Shown here piece after piece: positions 35,701-49,311 of a DNA stretch of 64,000 bases. Location of the stretch: assembly GCF_004010195.1 (NCBI RefSeq), contig NC_057718.1, positions 21,488,735 through 21,552,734 of the forward strand, read 5' to 3'. The position numbers and the translations under genes were made by a program. Source of the DNA: Chiloscyllium plagiosum. Taxonomy: Eukaryota. Numbering within the stretch: position 1 is the first letter of the stretch; every line of letters starts with the position of its first letter. The notes below the pieces were generated by a model. That model ran no database searches. It was given only the letters and a program-made list of their open reading frames with translations, and had not been told where the DNA came from.

Positions 35701-38700
35701 AACAGCAAGGTGAGAAGACAATAGATACATAAGAGCAGGAGTAGGCCACTGAGCCCCTTGAGCTTGTTCTACCATTCCACATCATGGCTGATCATCTACT
35801 TCCATGCCATATTCCTACACTATTCCCATATCCTCGATGACATTACCACTTCAGAATCTATGAATCTGATTTGAACTTATTTAATGACAGGGCTGGCACC
35901 ACCCTCTGAGGTAGAAAGTTTCAAAGATTCACCATCCCCTGAGTGAAGAATTTCTTCCTCAGCTCAGTAGAAAACAGCTTTTATTCTGATACAGTGACCC
36001 CTGGTCCCAGGTCCCATAGCCAAGGGAAACATTCTTTCTATATCTACTCTGTGTTTGTCCCTTTAAGAATTTTGTATGCTGTATGAGATCACCTTTCGTT
36101 TTTCTAAACTGTAAAGAATACTGGTCCAGTTTCTTCAAGCTCTCTCCCAAGGCAATCCCACTAGCCTAGGAAACAGTTTGCTGAACCTTCTCTGCACTCC
36201 CTCTTTGGCAAATGTATCCTTCCTAGACAAGGGGACCAGAACTGAACACCCAGCTATGGCTTCACCAGTGTGCTATACAGTTGAAGCAAGACTTTTTTGC
36301 TGCTGTACTCAAATCCTCTTGCAATAAAGGCATACATACTTGTTTGCTACATCTGTGTACTAGCCTCTAGTGACCCATGAACAAGGATATCTAGGTCCTT
36401 TTCAAATGTCTAACCATTTAAGACTCTTTGTTCCTCCGACTAAAGTGAATAACCTCACACTTGTCTACATTACATTGCATTTGCCATGCTCTGCCCACTC
36501 AGTCAGCAACCCCTTGAAGACTCTTTGCATTTGCTTCACAAATTATATTCCAACCAAGTCTTCTATTATCTGTAAACTTGGAAAGATTATAATTTGCCCT
36601 CACATCCAAATCATTGATATAAATTGTGAATATCTAGAGCACAAGTACTGATCCTTGCAGAACCTGCTAACTTGAGAATGGGACATTTATTCCTACTGTC
36701 TGTTTTTTGTGTATAAACCAATCCTCAATCCATGCTTGCATATATAAGATGGCAGCTCTTGACCCGTTCCATTCCCTTTCAGCTGACCAGCTGCAACCTT
36801 TTTTTGTTATTTCTTATTATTGCAATTATTTCTGAACTTCACCTTTTATATCAAATTTATCTTTTCTTCTTTCCGTCGCTGAGATCAGGCAGTTTCAGTT
36901 GGACGGCTCTGGGTCCTCGGTGGTTTTGGCTGGCCCTCATTCTTCAGCAATTTTGACATGCCCTGATTCTTGGCAATTTCAACAGGGTCCTGATCCTCGG
37001 CAGCTTCAACATTGTTCTTGGTCCTTGTCAGTTGGAAGGCCTCTGGTCTTTGGACATTGGAGATTGCCTCAGCCCATGGCAGTTATGGGTGCCCCACGTC
37101 CTCAGCAGTTGTGGCAGCCCCTCATCCTCAACAGTTGGGCAGACCCCTGGTAAACAATTTCTGAAACCTCTCGAAAGCTTCCACATCCTTTTAGTAGTAT
37201 GGCAACCAGAACAGTACACAGTATTCCAAATGTGATCAAATTAAACTTCTATACAGCTACAACATGACTTGCTAATTTTTATACTTCATAACCCAACTGA
37301 TGAAGACAAGCTTGCCAGATGCCTTCTTGGTCATTTTATACATTTGTGTTGCCACTTTCAGGGTACTGTGGACTTGTATTGAATTGTTTTTTTTTCTATT
37401 TATTCACTTTTGTGGGATGTGGGCATCGCTGCCTGGCCAGCATTTATTGTCCGTCCTTAGTTGCCCTTTGAGAAGGTGAGTGGTGAGCTGCTGTCTTGTA
37501 CCGCTGCAGATCACCTTCTGTGGATTGATCCACAATGCCATTAGGGAGGGAATTCCAGGATTTTGACCCAGCAACAGTGAAGGAATGGCAATATACTCCC
37601 AAGTCAAGATAGTGAGTGGCTTGGAGGGGAAGTTGAATATGGTGGTGTTCCCATATATTTGCTGCCTTTTCCTTCTACAGAGAAGTGGTTGTGGGTTTGG
37701 AAGGTCCTGTCTGAGGATCTTTGGTGAATTTCTGCAGGGCATCTTGTAGATAGGACACACTACTGCTTCTGAGCATCGCTGGTGGAGGGTGTGAATGCTT
37801 GTGGATGCAGTGCTAATTAGCAGGCTGCTTTGTCTGGATGGCGTCAAACCTCTTGAGTGTTGTTGGGGCTGCACTCATTCAGGCGAGTGGAGAGTATCCC
37901 ACTACACTCCTGACTTGTGAATGGTTTATTGTCATTTGTATTTAACAAATAAATACAGCGAAAAGTATAAAATGTTGTCATGCTCTGGCGCCATTTTGAG
38001 TTACAGAAGAAATTAAGAGTTAACAAAAATATAACTAAAAACAGAGTTCTTCATCCATTCTAGTGCTCTGCTCAACATTGGAAGGGGGGGGGAGGGTTGG
38101 AATTGGGGTCTCCACAATGATCTCTAGACCCACCAATGCACCACATCATAGTCCATTCCAGGAGTCCCACCCCACCACCATCACTGCCACCATCTCTGCA
38201 TCCCCAGGAGCACCACACCACACCTATGCCACCACCAATGCAACCACCAATTCTGTCAATCTGCCACAAATACCAATTTGGGCCTACTGCATTGCAGCAG
38301 TTGATTGATGCCAACTGCAGGAGCCGTCTTCTCCACCAACCACACAGACTGCCCTGCCATCACTGCCACTTCCTGCACCCAACCAACTTCCATGATGCAT
38401 TGTTTACACTACTTAGTCTGCTAAGGTAAAAATATGAATATTATTAAGTAATTAATTCAGCTGCCCATCCAAACTCCTAACATGGCCTAACAGCAAGTTC
38501 AGTTTCTTGTAAGCACAAATTCACAAACCCTACCCTCATAAGAAAAATAACTGTGAGTAATTTTAAGCACGTCAAAATTGGCCAGTCAAACAAAGCATGA
38601 GCAATGTTATTGGAAGACAAAATGGCTTTTATGTAGTTTTCACAATGCACATATGGTTTCCATTTCATAACATCTGAAAAAATAATTTACTGTAAACATT

Positions 38701-40810
38701 GTAAGGATCAGGGAAATGTACAAGAGAGCAGCATTTCTTAAAGAGACAGCAACTTTATTAAATTCATGTTTTTTAAATCTGAAAATAAATAGGTCATATA
38801 GTAAATTAACTATAAAGCTGTTGGATTCTAATAAAATTCCAAGTGATCTCTTACTAGGCTACAGGGAAGGAAACCTGCTATCCTTGCTCAGAATGGTCTC
38901 TAAAACTTCAGTTGCACATCAATGTGGTTGATTCTTAACATCACTCTGAAGTGTACTGCATAGCCACTCAATTCTTTATCTAAATGTTCAAGAGGAAGGT
39001 TCATTACCCATTTCTCTGGGGATTTAGTGATGAGCATTAAATCTGGCCTTGTCACATTCCAACAATGAATTTATTTTAAAAATGTAGACATTGAAACATT
39101 GCATGTAAATGCGTTGATAATACATTTCATATCATTACACTGTGCACAGGCAAATAAATACAAAACAAATTGTTAATCTTTCCTTTATAATTGTGCTTTT
39201 TAAACTTCACACTATATTGAAATTTAACAACAAAGTGTCATCATAATGCAGCGCAATGATAGCAGTCCTGGAGGAGGTTAATCTTGAAGTAGATTTACTG
39301 TATTTTCAGAGTACGTGAAACACCCTGCGATGGGGCAACATGGATGAAAAGAAACAAGATTATCAAAAATGGTATCAAGTCTGTTGCTTTGCAACTTTGC
39401 TATTTGATGGACTAATTCAACACCTTGTCTCTGCCAAAAAAAATCTTGGCTTAAATTAGAAGTATGCCCAACACAATATTAAATATTAGTCCAGCATTTT
39501 TGGAACATTAATGCACCCCAAAAAAACTCTTCAATGTAAGAGTGCTGATTTGAAACTTAATATTATTAGGTGTAGGTTTTAACCCTGAAATTCTGTCAAG
39601 GTTCTCCCTTAACTCTGATAGGGACTGGTTGTTTTGAAGACGTTTTCTGTGTTTTAGGAAATATTTAATTGGGAATCCATGCATCTGCTCAGTCAAGAGC
39701 TGGTATACACAGAATGATGTGTAACTACTCCCATAAGGATATATGTAGGCCCAACAACTGGTCTGGTTGGATTACTGAGGAATTAGATTAGCTTTTTTGC
39801 TCACATCGTCCTCAGGAATATTTCCAGCCTATTGACCTATGCATTCAAGGTTCCCTGACTGACCTCACAAACGATAGTAATAGCAGTGCTGGGAGGTTCC
39901 ATTTGGTCAGATTCCAGGATTATAGCTAGGATCAAACTCAAACAACTTCAGTGTCTGGGCATTGGGCATCCTGATGGTTAATTGATCGTACTTTCAACAT
40001 TGGAGTATAGATCTGATCCTTTTTGTGCTGGGAATATTATTTAGAGAATAGTGATATCTACTAGCAATGTACATACAGGCATCAGATGATGACAGAATCT
40101 GCGGATTTATTTTTTCCACAGGCTGCTGGCACTTATTATCCAGGATAACATATAAACAATAGCCACAAATCAGTACTCTCTGAGGGACTAAGCATTTTGA
40201 TGAGTTGAGGTTCGAAAATTGGAGGGGTATTCATTTTTAAGTAGGAGCAATGACTATTTATCCTCCTTGCATGTTTTTCTGCTATCTTTTAGCTAACAGA
40301 AACCATTCCAACCTTGTTCTATTCTCATGTATCTGATCAACGTCTGAGTATAACATGCATTGAATTATCTTCAAGCTCATGCAGTGTTACCTCTGGTATC
40401 ACTCAAAATTCTATTATTGATTTCTTTCTAATTCTCATCTACATGCTACCCCTTAGTAACAAAATCTAAAAGGCGCACATTGGTTTTCACATGTATCCTG
40501 ATAACAACCAATATTACATTCCCACTATCTCTTTCAATTTATCCACAATTGCTAAATTATCACAGTGTTTACCTGCTAACCAATACCACTGAACAGAAAA
40601 TTTTGTTCAATTAAACAATGGTTGGACTTAATCTAACTTTTTTTTATCCCTGGTCTAAATTTCATTTCAAGCTAATTACTCTAATCTGCCAACTGTCTGA
40701 GACTAAACTGGGCTGTTTTGAAACCTCACTGTCAAATTTGACATAAAGGTGTGCTTTCCATTCTGTATTCACACCATCACTAAGACTGCCTATTTCTATC
40801 TCTGGAACAT

Positions 40811-41620
40811 TGTTCTGAAAAAATGTCCAAGAAGATATCCTGTCTGCAAGTCATCTTTTATTTACACATGCATTGTACAAGATACTGACCCAGCTAGCAC
40901 AGAGCTGGCTCCTACAGTGAGCAAAATCCCTGACACTCCTGTTTATTTTATTTATTTTTGAACAGAACCTCTGACACTCTTGTTTTTTTACTTTCTTTTT
41001 TCTTTTTTCCCCAGCTCCCTCAGAGTGAACAGAACCTCTCACCCTCCTGTTCTTTTTTAATATTAACCCCCACACTACCGCCTAACTGCGGTAGTGCTTA
41101 TTTTTTCCCCAGCACCCATGTTGTGTGTGTGCAGCTGTGAGACACAGTGAGACACACAAGGTGTACGAATAAAGATTCTTTCTTCAATTTCCACCACCAG
41201 GAAGAAAGGAAACACCTGAGTGGCCAGTGACAACACTTCTGTTTATATCTGTCAGCCAGGAATCTTTGATTGGACCAGATTAATAGCTCCAATCAGGGAA
41301 CTCATATTTAATGAGATGTAACTGGCTGAACTTGTTCCAATCACTACATCCTTCCCCTTCTATTTCCTGGATGTAGGCCCATTCTTTTTCTTGTAGCTTC
41401 TCCTGGGGCATTTTTACACCAGGTCCGGTTCCTCTGACTCTGCCTCAGATACTGGTAGCATGTACCGAACTGTAGCCTCTTGTGTCCAGAGCATCTCAGC
41501 TGAAACTCATTTTCTTCATCAGGTGGCAACAGCGTCAATGCTGCAATATCTGCCATGTCCATGGTGCATAATTCCTGGAATGAATCATAAACATGGAGCC
41601 TCAAGGTCTAGATAGCGAGT
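40811..41620 (-). mobile_element. Gypsy-like 3' LTR (40811-41348) with polypurine tract and a decayed internal 3' end
   Basis: On the minus strand, PPT GAAGGGGAAGGA abuts TGTAGTGA at 41348; the LTR ends ...AACA at 40811, with AATAAA near 40860. Confidence 0.6.
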
Positions 41621-42299
41621 GCTGATGGCTAATCTCTCAACTTCCCTCTATAAATTTGTACAATGCAAAACTCTGTTGCTCATCACACAAGTCCCCTTCA
41701 TCTATCACCCTAATAGTCACTGACCTACTTTGCATCCAGCAATGCCTGGATTCCAAATTTCTCATCCTTGTTTACAATTCCCTCCTGGGCTCACCCCTCT
41801 CAATTTCTGTCATCCTTTCTTGTCCCAAAATCAACCAAGATATCTATGCTTAACTAATTGTGCTCTTTTGAATATCCTCAATTGTAATCACTTCACCATT
41901 GTGGTCACACATTTATCTCAATGCTCTAGAATTCCCTCCTTTTACATCTCCACTTCTCTCCTTTGCTTTCCTCCTTCTGTGATCAAATCTATAGTCATCT
42001 GATCTGATATTTCTTAAGTGGCTCAGTGGCATGCTTTGTTCATTATGTTCCTTGGGATATTTTCTTACATAAAAGGTGCTTGATATATTTTTAAAATTAT
42101 TGTTATTGTTGTTTAGACTACAATAATTCCTGTATAATTGTTGTGACCTTTATAATGCAGATACCTTAAATGTTAATATTTATTACTTGATTTTATTATA
42201 CTGTCATTTAAAGAAAATCTTTCCAGATTTTTTGGAGACAATTGTTTACCCAGTAGAAGCAGAAAAAGCTTGAAATATCCAAAATTTCTTTATGCTCAA

Positions 42300-42554
42300 T
42301 TTTGATTGGTTACAGTTTAAAAAAAAACATCCAAGTCAGATAAGCCAATGATCAAAGTACATCTTGATGAAGATCATGTCTTATCTATTGCTCATTTGCC
42401 AATCAAAAGAAGTCTGGAATGACGTAAGAAAGGAAAAGCTTTTAAGTGCTCTGTGGGCTCTGATTAGACTCACAAGATTCCACATTAGTCTGTGTCGAGT
42501 GAGAGAGAGAGAGAGAGAGCAAGCAAAAGTGTGTGCTTGTTACAACAGCTAGAG
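42300..42554 (+). promoter_or_regulatory. Probable QPCT proximal promoter/5'UTR
   Basis: Three CCAAT boxes (ATTGG 42305-42309, CCAAT 42345-42349, CCAAT 42399-42403), CRE-like TGACGTAA at 42420-42427 and a (GA)n tract at about 42501-42519, all just upstream of the ATG. Confidence 0.4.
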
Positions 42555-42671
42555 ATGGCTCGTAGCAACAGCTTCATCTATTCTCGTATTGCATTTTTAT
42601 TTCATGTGACAACAATCTTCTGTCAAACCTATGAGCAAGAACAATATAAGGTACCATGGACAGAAGAAAAG
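42555..42671 (+). CDS. QPCT: QPCT exon 1 (signal-peptide-like N-terminus), MARSNSFIYSRIAFLFHVTTIFCQTYEQEQYKVPWTEEK
   Basis: ATG in gagATGG context; 117 nt ending WTEEK|GTAAGT, the same boundary as human QPCT exon 1 (...WPEEK). Confidence 0.88.
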
Positions 42672-45168
42672 GTAAGTTTTTAGACTGTGGTCTGAGGGCT
42701 ATTGTGCTGCAAATGTGGAGACAGCTTGTAGTTTTACATTTTAAAATGGAGTAAAGCAGAGGAATTTTGAGGTGGGCTTCAATATCTCTGGGGCCTGTCA
42801 TTAGTAGGTCACAAGACATAACATCACGAAGATAATCACCCACCATATTTTGGGAAAGGAAGGGAGAAACTTTGAATAAAATCCATTTGTACAGAACGTT
42901 CTTTTTCTGTCAACAACCTAGCATTGCATTTAATATTGAACCTAGTATAAAAACCTCAATTTTAACTTTGTCTGTGACTGCAACCGCAGGACTGGGACAG
43001 ATGAAAAAGGTCTGGGCATTTTAATCCTACTACTCCCACTTGAACCGTTAGCGGATCATAACCTGGTAAGACAAGAGTAGGACAGTGTTATGAAGCTGTA
43101 ACAGCCAGAAATGAAAGTGCACAGAACAAGGGAAGTAGTGAGGAGAAGAAAACAGAAGGCCTTTGCAGGGGAGGACTATGTTTTCCTCCAGTGATTTGGA
43201 TAAGTACTCCTACTTCTCTAGGCCTACAAAATAAAATCTTAATTCTTGATTCAAATTTGCCTCAGCCTTTTTGCAGCATTGAGTCTATTAATATTATTGG
43301 GAAGGTTTTGCGTTGTCGTTGACTTATCCAAAATTGATAGCATGACTGTCTGAATATAATTTTAATACAGCTTAATCTTAATCACAGCTGTTAAATATTA
43401 ACAATATTCCTTTCTGCCTGTGGTAAAACAAAGTTGCCTAAGTTCTGGTAAAATAGAAGCAGAAACAAAAAAAGACTGAGACAAATTTTATGGGTTTACA
43501 AATATATGCATTTGAGTAACTGAAGTGTTGGAGTTGTTTTGGTAAAATTCATAACAAATGTCAGAATTCAAATAACAAAATTAGTGATGTAATATGAGTT
43601 CTTATCAAAGGCAATTCTGCTTTTTTTGCATGTTTGCCCCGAGTTCTGGTTAATTTCCAAAAATATCATTATTCTCAGGAAGTTCCATATTTTGTTATAT
43701 TCTTAGGTTGTAAGGGTAGATATTTGCTAATTCCCCCCAGTTTTTGCTGTGTTAAAAATGTTTCTACATATTTGAAGCCTCACAATTACCATGTCTTAGT
43801 TTGAATGGAGAGAATGTTAGTCCATAAGTTACAGGAGATTGAACTGCCATTCATTAAACCTGTCCTTTGTATGTATTTTCATAAAATTTTTCCTTTCCAA
43901 GAACTGTGTGGGAAGCAACATCTGGAAACAGAATGAATAGGAAAAGCATTTGTTTTCATTTTGGCCAATCAGATTGAAAGACTGAAATTGACAACATGGA
44001 CAGAGCAGAAACCATAAGTTATCATGGGTGAATACATTGTAAAATCAGGTGCACTCAAAAAAGAGGAAAATAGAGTCTGGAGTAAGAAAGACAGAATATA
44101 TAGAAAGGAAAAAGAGAAAAAAACGTACTTTTTGAATCTTCAACAACAAAACCCAATAAAATAGCAGTAATAGCAACAGCTTAGTAATAGTACAAAAAGG
44201 GTAATTAGTCCCTTCATGGCTTCCTAAGGAGATTGTCTCCATTATGTAATGCCTCAATAACATTCTACCCTATGTATGCAGATACTCACAATCTGAAACA
44301 AAAAAGTCTTATTGCATCTTAGTGTGAATCATACGTTTTGGATGGATATCAGTATCGGTCATTCTACCCTGCTGGATTTATTTCCACCAGCATTGTTCTT
44401 CTGGTGCTTGCTCTAACCAATGATGATGCTATGAACAATGCTATGATTGAGTTAATTCCCTTTACATTGTAGCACCTGTCTGCTTGAAGCTGTTTTGTAA
44501 ATGCTGGGGCTTTAGAATCAGAACTATTTACACAGTGAACTTCCCAAACCAGTTGCACACAGTTGGTTTTATATTGTGATGACTACTTTAACTTTTGGGT
44601 TGCAAAATCTTTCCAAGTCTTCGTAAACTCCTCAAAAGCCAACAATGTGAAACTGTAATTCACATGCTGACAGATGATGAAGGGGCTGTATTCTCAGCCT
44701 GCCTGTGGTTGTTGACAGTAATTTACATTATGTCATGAATGGCACTGCTGGTTCTAGAGATACAATTAAATAACATCTTTTTAAGTGATTTTCCAAATGT
44801 TTAGCTGCCTTTACAATACAGCCTCCAATATTAGGGTGTTGTTAAAAGGCCATAAAATAATCCGTTCTTATAGAGGAAGTTAGAATGAAATACACTTCAT
44901 GATAATTTAAGAATAGATGGAAGCTAAGCATTAGATTTGTTCTCCTTTGCTAATATTGCTGTTCTTTATGATATAGGAAATGATAATTTTAATTATTTTG
45001 CTTTAGCTGAACAACCGCCTCCTTAGCAATTATCAGGTTGGTTTGCTGTTGTAGTATGCAGAGTACATCTTTTGCAGTATTGTACTTGTGCATTATATGG
45101 ATCATTTTAATAGATCTTGCTGTTTAGCAGTTAGTTTAAGGGAACTAATTTTCAGGTCCATCTCTACT

Positions 45169-45799
45169 TGTTATGGACCAGACCAGACCCTCTCAAAAAT
45201 ATATTAAGAAGGCAGCCTACACCCTATTGTTTTCTTATATTAAAGGCAAATGTGAGGTGCTGTGTTCCGGATGCAATTCGATTGGTCAAACTACTCGACG
45301 TTAAGCAAAACACAATTTAGTCAAACACTACAGTTAAAATACAGCAAAAGAAAGAGGAACTTAGAATAACATAACTCCATCAGAAAACTTAACAGAATAA
45401 TAAATTATTTTACTACTGACCAGTAACTGTTCCAATATAGTCACATCTTATTAATATGCCCTTGACAAAAGGGAAATTCAGAAAACAGATTGAGTTACAT
45501 GCTGTTCTCCAATTCAGTAGGAAAGAACATCAAAAGTCAATTCTGAGAGAAAACTCAGAGAATGTAGCAGCTAGGCAAGATTCACTGCCTTCCAACCCTG
45601 CCGAAAGCTAAACTAAACATCCCTGCTTCTGTGGGTGGTAGCATTCAGGTTGCTTCTATTGCTCCATTTAAAAAAAAATACCCAAGGCTTCACATGTTGT
45701 TTATCTTCTCACAGATTACTTATCACCTGTCCTCAATCTGTCTCTCTTTTTTTAAAAAAAATGGACAAAATAAACTCTTAAAGCCACAGGATCTCCACA
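45169..45799. mobile_element. Probable solo LTR in QPCT intron 1
   Basis: TGTTATGG...TCCACA termini; 4-bp flanks TACT / CACT (one mismatch). Confidence 0.5.
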
Positions 45800-45936
45800 C
45801 ACTCAACTTCCTCTTGGTAATTTTAAAAATGTTTTTGAATGCTATTAGTTCTAAGATGCCTGCTAAAGTATGAAAACCCAAGAGGATGGCACATATTTTT
45901 AATGTTCTCATTCTCTCATTGACTTTAAATCATTAG

Positions 45937-46083
45937 CTGCTCCATAAGCCCAAGTACCTGACTGCGGCTGATACCCGGAATGTTACATCACTGACCAACC
46001 TTTCTATGATGTGGTACAATGATCTGAGACCAATGCTTAGAGAGAGATATCCCGGATCTATTGGAAATGTGGCTGTGCGCCAG
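45937..46083 (+). CDS. QPCT: QPCT exon 2, LLHKPKYLTAADTRNVTSLTNLSMMWYNDLRPMLRERYPGSIGNVAVRQ
   Basis: Acceptor cattAG and donor CAG|GTGAGT; 147 nt. Matches human [25 protein letters not shown]. Confidence 0.95.
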
Positions 46084-48846
46084 GTGAGTGTCATTAGTGT
46101 TTTATCTGCTTTGAAAACTTAGTTCTCCTTGCATCATGTTTGCTTGTATTTCATTGAGTTTAGACAATTGAAAGATGATCTGATTTGAACTGTTTAAAAG
46201 GTTAACTATTTCCTATGGTTGGGTAATCAAGAAATAGAGGTTAGTCATATACTTAAAGCCAGGCCATTAGGAGGGAAGCAGAAAGCACAGAAAAACAGTA
46301 GTCTGAATCTGAAACCCATCCACTCAAAAATTTCCAGATATTGTATCAGTTGGAGGTTTCAGGATTGAGATGCTTTCTCAGTAAGGGTGCCAAAGGAATA
46401 GGGCTAAAGAGAGAAAACTGAACTAAATCTAAAATCAGCTACTGTCACCTTGCATGATAGAGTAGATCAAACAGCTGAATGGCTTTCTCCTGTTCCTATG
46501 GGTTGAATTTTACTGTGGAGCAGACCACTCAACAGTCTCCCATTGGTCAGCGTCCAAAAATCAAAGAAATGTTAGAGCTAGCAGGTGGATTATCAACAAA
46601 GGGGAAGTAAACTCTTGGGAACAAGGTCCCCCAATATGCAAAGGGAAGCCTGGAAATGCTACTCGCCTCTTCCTTCCTACTATTACAAAAAATATTTTCA
46701 GTCGTCAGTTCCTCACACTGATCGTCTTTTCACAACAAATTTCATGGCTTTGAATGCATAAAATATTGGTCAATTGTCTTGGTAACAGGCCAAATTACCT
46801 ATGAATTACTTAAAATTTATAGGCAAGTTGTCAATTTCATCCTCTAACCATATTATGACATGGGGCTGTGCTGGAAAATGGCAGGCTTGCCATTTCTTCT
46901 ATTTTACATAATCAAAATCATACCTGATAGAGGCCATAAAATCTAGTTTAATATTTCTCTTGTTCCACAGCACTCCACACATTGGTCCTGCTATCGACAA
47001 GGCCAGAGTCTGACCATAATTTGAGATGTATGAGTGAACTTTAAGTCTGCTATTTGGTCAACATCTGAACGTGGTGAAATTATTTCTGTACATTTATTTG
47101 GACAATATAAAGGGTCAATTTGAATATGTAAATATAATATGATTTCAATCTGATAGCAAAATATTCAACAGAGTTTAAGGGCATGTTAACTATAACAGTT
47201 TAGAGAAAAGTGCTTTTCTCTGCTGTTGCCCTGGTGTTCCCCTGGTTTAGAAACTTGATACCTTAATCAGAATGCAGTTGAACATTATTATGCAATCTGA
47301 CTCTGAAACCCAATTAGCATGCAATACTGTAGTGATGGAAGCAATGCTCTCAACATTATATCTTGTAGTACAGCTAATGAGATGCAAGAGAGAAGAGATG
47401 GTATTACATGACCTGAAGTGCTATTAAAATTATTTGGACATATGACAATTAAAAGTATATCCATCAGCTGTAAAAAAGACTTAAATTCATTGTGGATTCA
47501 TGGAATCAAAGCTAGCAAAAAAACTTGACTGTGATTGTTGGAGATGAACCATTTTAACCCCAGAAGCTGCAAGAGTTCCTGGATAGTTTCCTGGACTCAG
47601 CCATCTTCAGTTGCTTCATCAATGACCTTCCTTCCAGCATAAGTTTAGAAGTGGGAATGTTTATCGACGATTGCACCATTTGCTACTTCTCCGATACTGA
47701 AGCAGTATAGGTTCATATGCAACAAGGTCAAGACAATATTCAAGCATTGAATGAAAAGTAACAAGTCATATATAATGCCATATAAATGCCAGGCAATGAC
47801 TATCTCCAATACTACAAAATCTCACCATTTCCCCATGTCATTCAATGGCATTGCCATGAACAAATCATGAACAAATGTCCTGGCACTTACCATTGACCAG
47901 AAACTTCACTGGGCCAGCCTATACATTCTGGCAACAGGACAGATTGGTGACTGGGAATTCTGTGATAGTAATTCACCTTGTGGCTTCCCAAAGGTTATCA
48001 CATCTACAAGATACAAGTCAAGAATGTAAAACTACTTTCCATTTGCCTGGATGAGTGTGGCACCAACGTCATTCAGTAAGCTCAACGTCATCCAGGAAGC
48101 TCAACGTCATCCAGGATAAAAGAGCCCATTTGATTGGCATTCCATCCACTAACTTAATTGTTCTATCCATCACTGAAGTGTAGCAATAGCAATGTGTACC
48201 ATGTACATGATGCACTATTGCAACTCCCCAATCCTCTTTCAACAGCATCTTCCAAGCCTGTAATCTGTACCACCTAGATGTGAAACAGCAACAGTTGAAT
48301 TGCAACAGCAACAAATGGATACGAGTACCACCACCTGCAAATTCCCTTCCAAGCCAAACATCATTCTGATTTCAACTATGTTAGTGTTTCTTTACTGTCA
48401 ATGGAACTTCCTTCCTCACTGTGGGTTATACCTGCAGCAAATGGACTGCAGCAGTTCAAGAAAGTAGCACACTACCATCTGACAATGCCCATTTTTTAAA
48501 AAAATGCATTTAAAACAAAAACTGTCTTCCAGTGTATGAATTGAAGTGATGACTATTGACATTCTCCTTAACCATTGCAAGGAGCGGCCAAAAGTTGCAT
48601 GAAAATGGGGATCACTTAAAAACCCCCTTTCAATTTTGTTGTTATTATCAATCTCTGCATTAGATTGGCACTTTGATAGAGAGGAATACAAGAACTCCTA
48701 TCTGATTAAATGGATCAGTCCAATACATTTACACTGAACATACAACATCCTACTTCATGCCTTTATTAAGAAAGCAAACCTATAGATACTCCAAGTGAAA
48801 ATACCTTTTAACCATTTATGTTTTTAGCTTTGTTAATCTTTGTTAA

Positions 48847-49161
<315 letters not shown>

Positions 49162-49311
49162 TGATACATCATTGTAAAGATATTGTAAACTATTAGTCTG
49201 GAAAGAATCACTCAAAATTCTCAGTTAATTTATCTATCCTACATTTGAATCAAGCCAAGAGAAACAGATTGTTAAAATGTCAACCTAAACAATAATGAAT
49301 ATTGTGGTTTC

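Noticed and set aside
48078..48116. Short direct duplication AAGCTCAACGTCATCCAGGA (and a similar GGATATCAG repeat at 26436-26484)
   Set aside because: Ordinary slippage or repair duplications inside old repeats.
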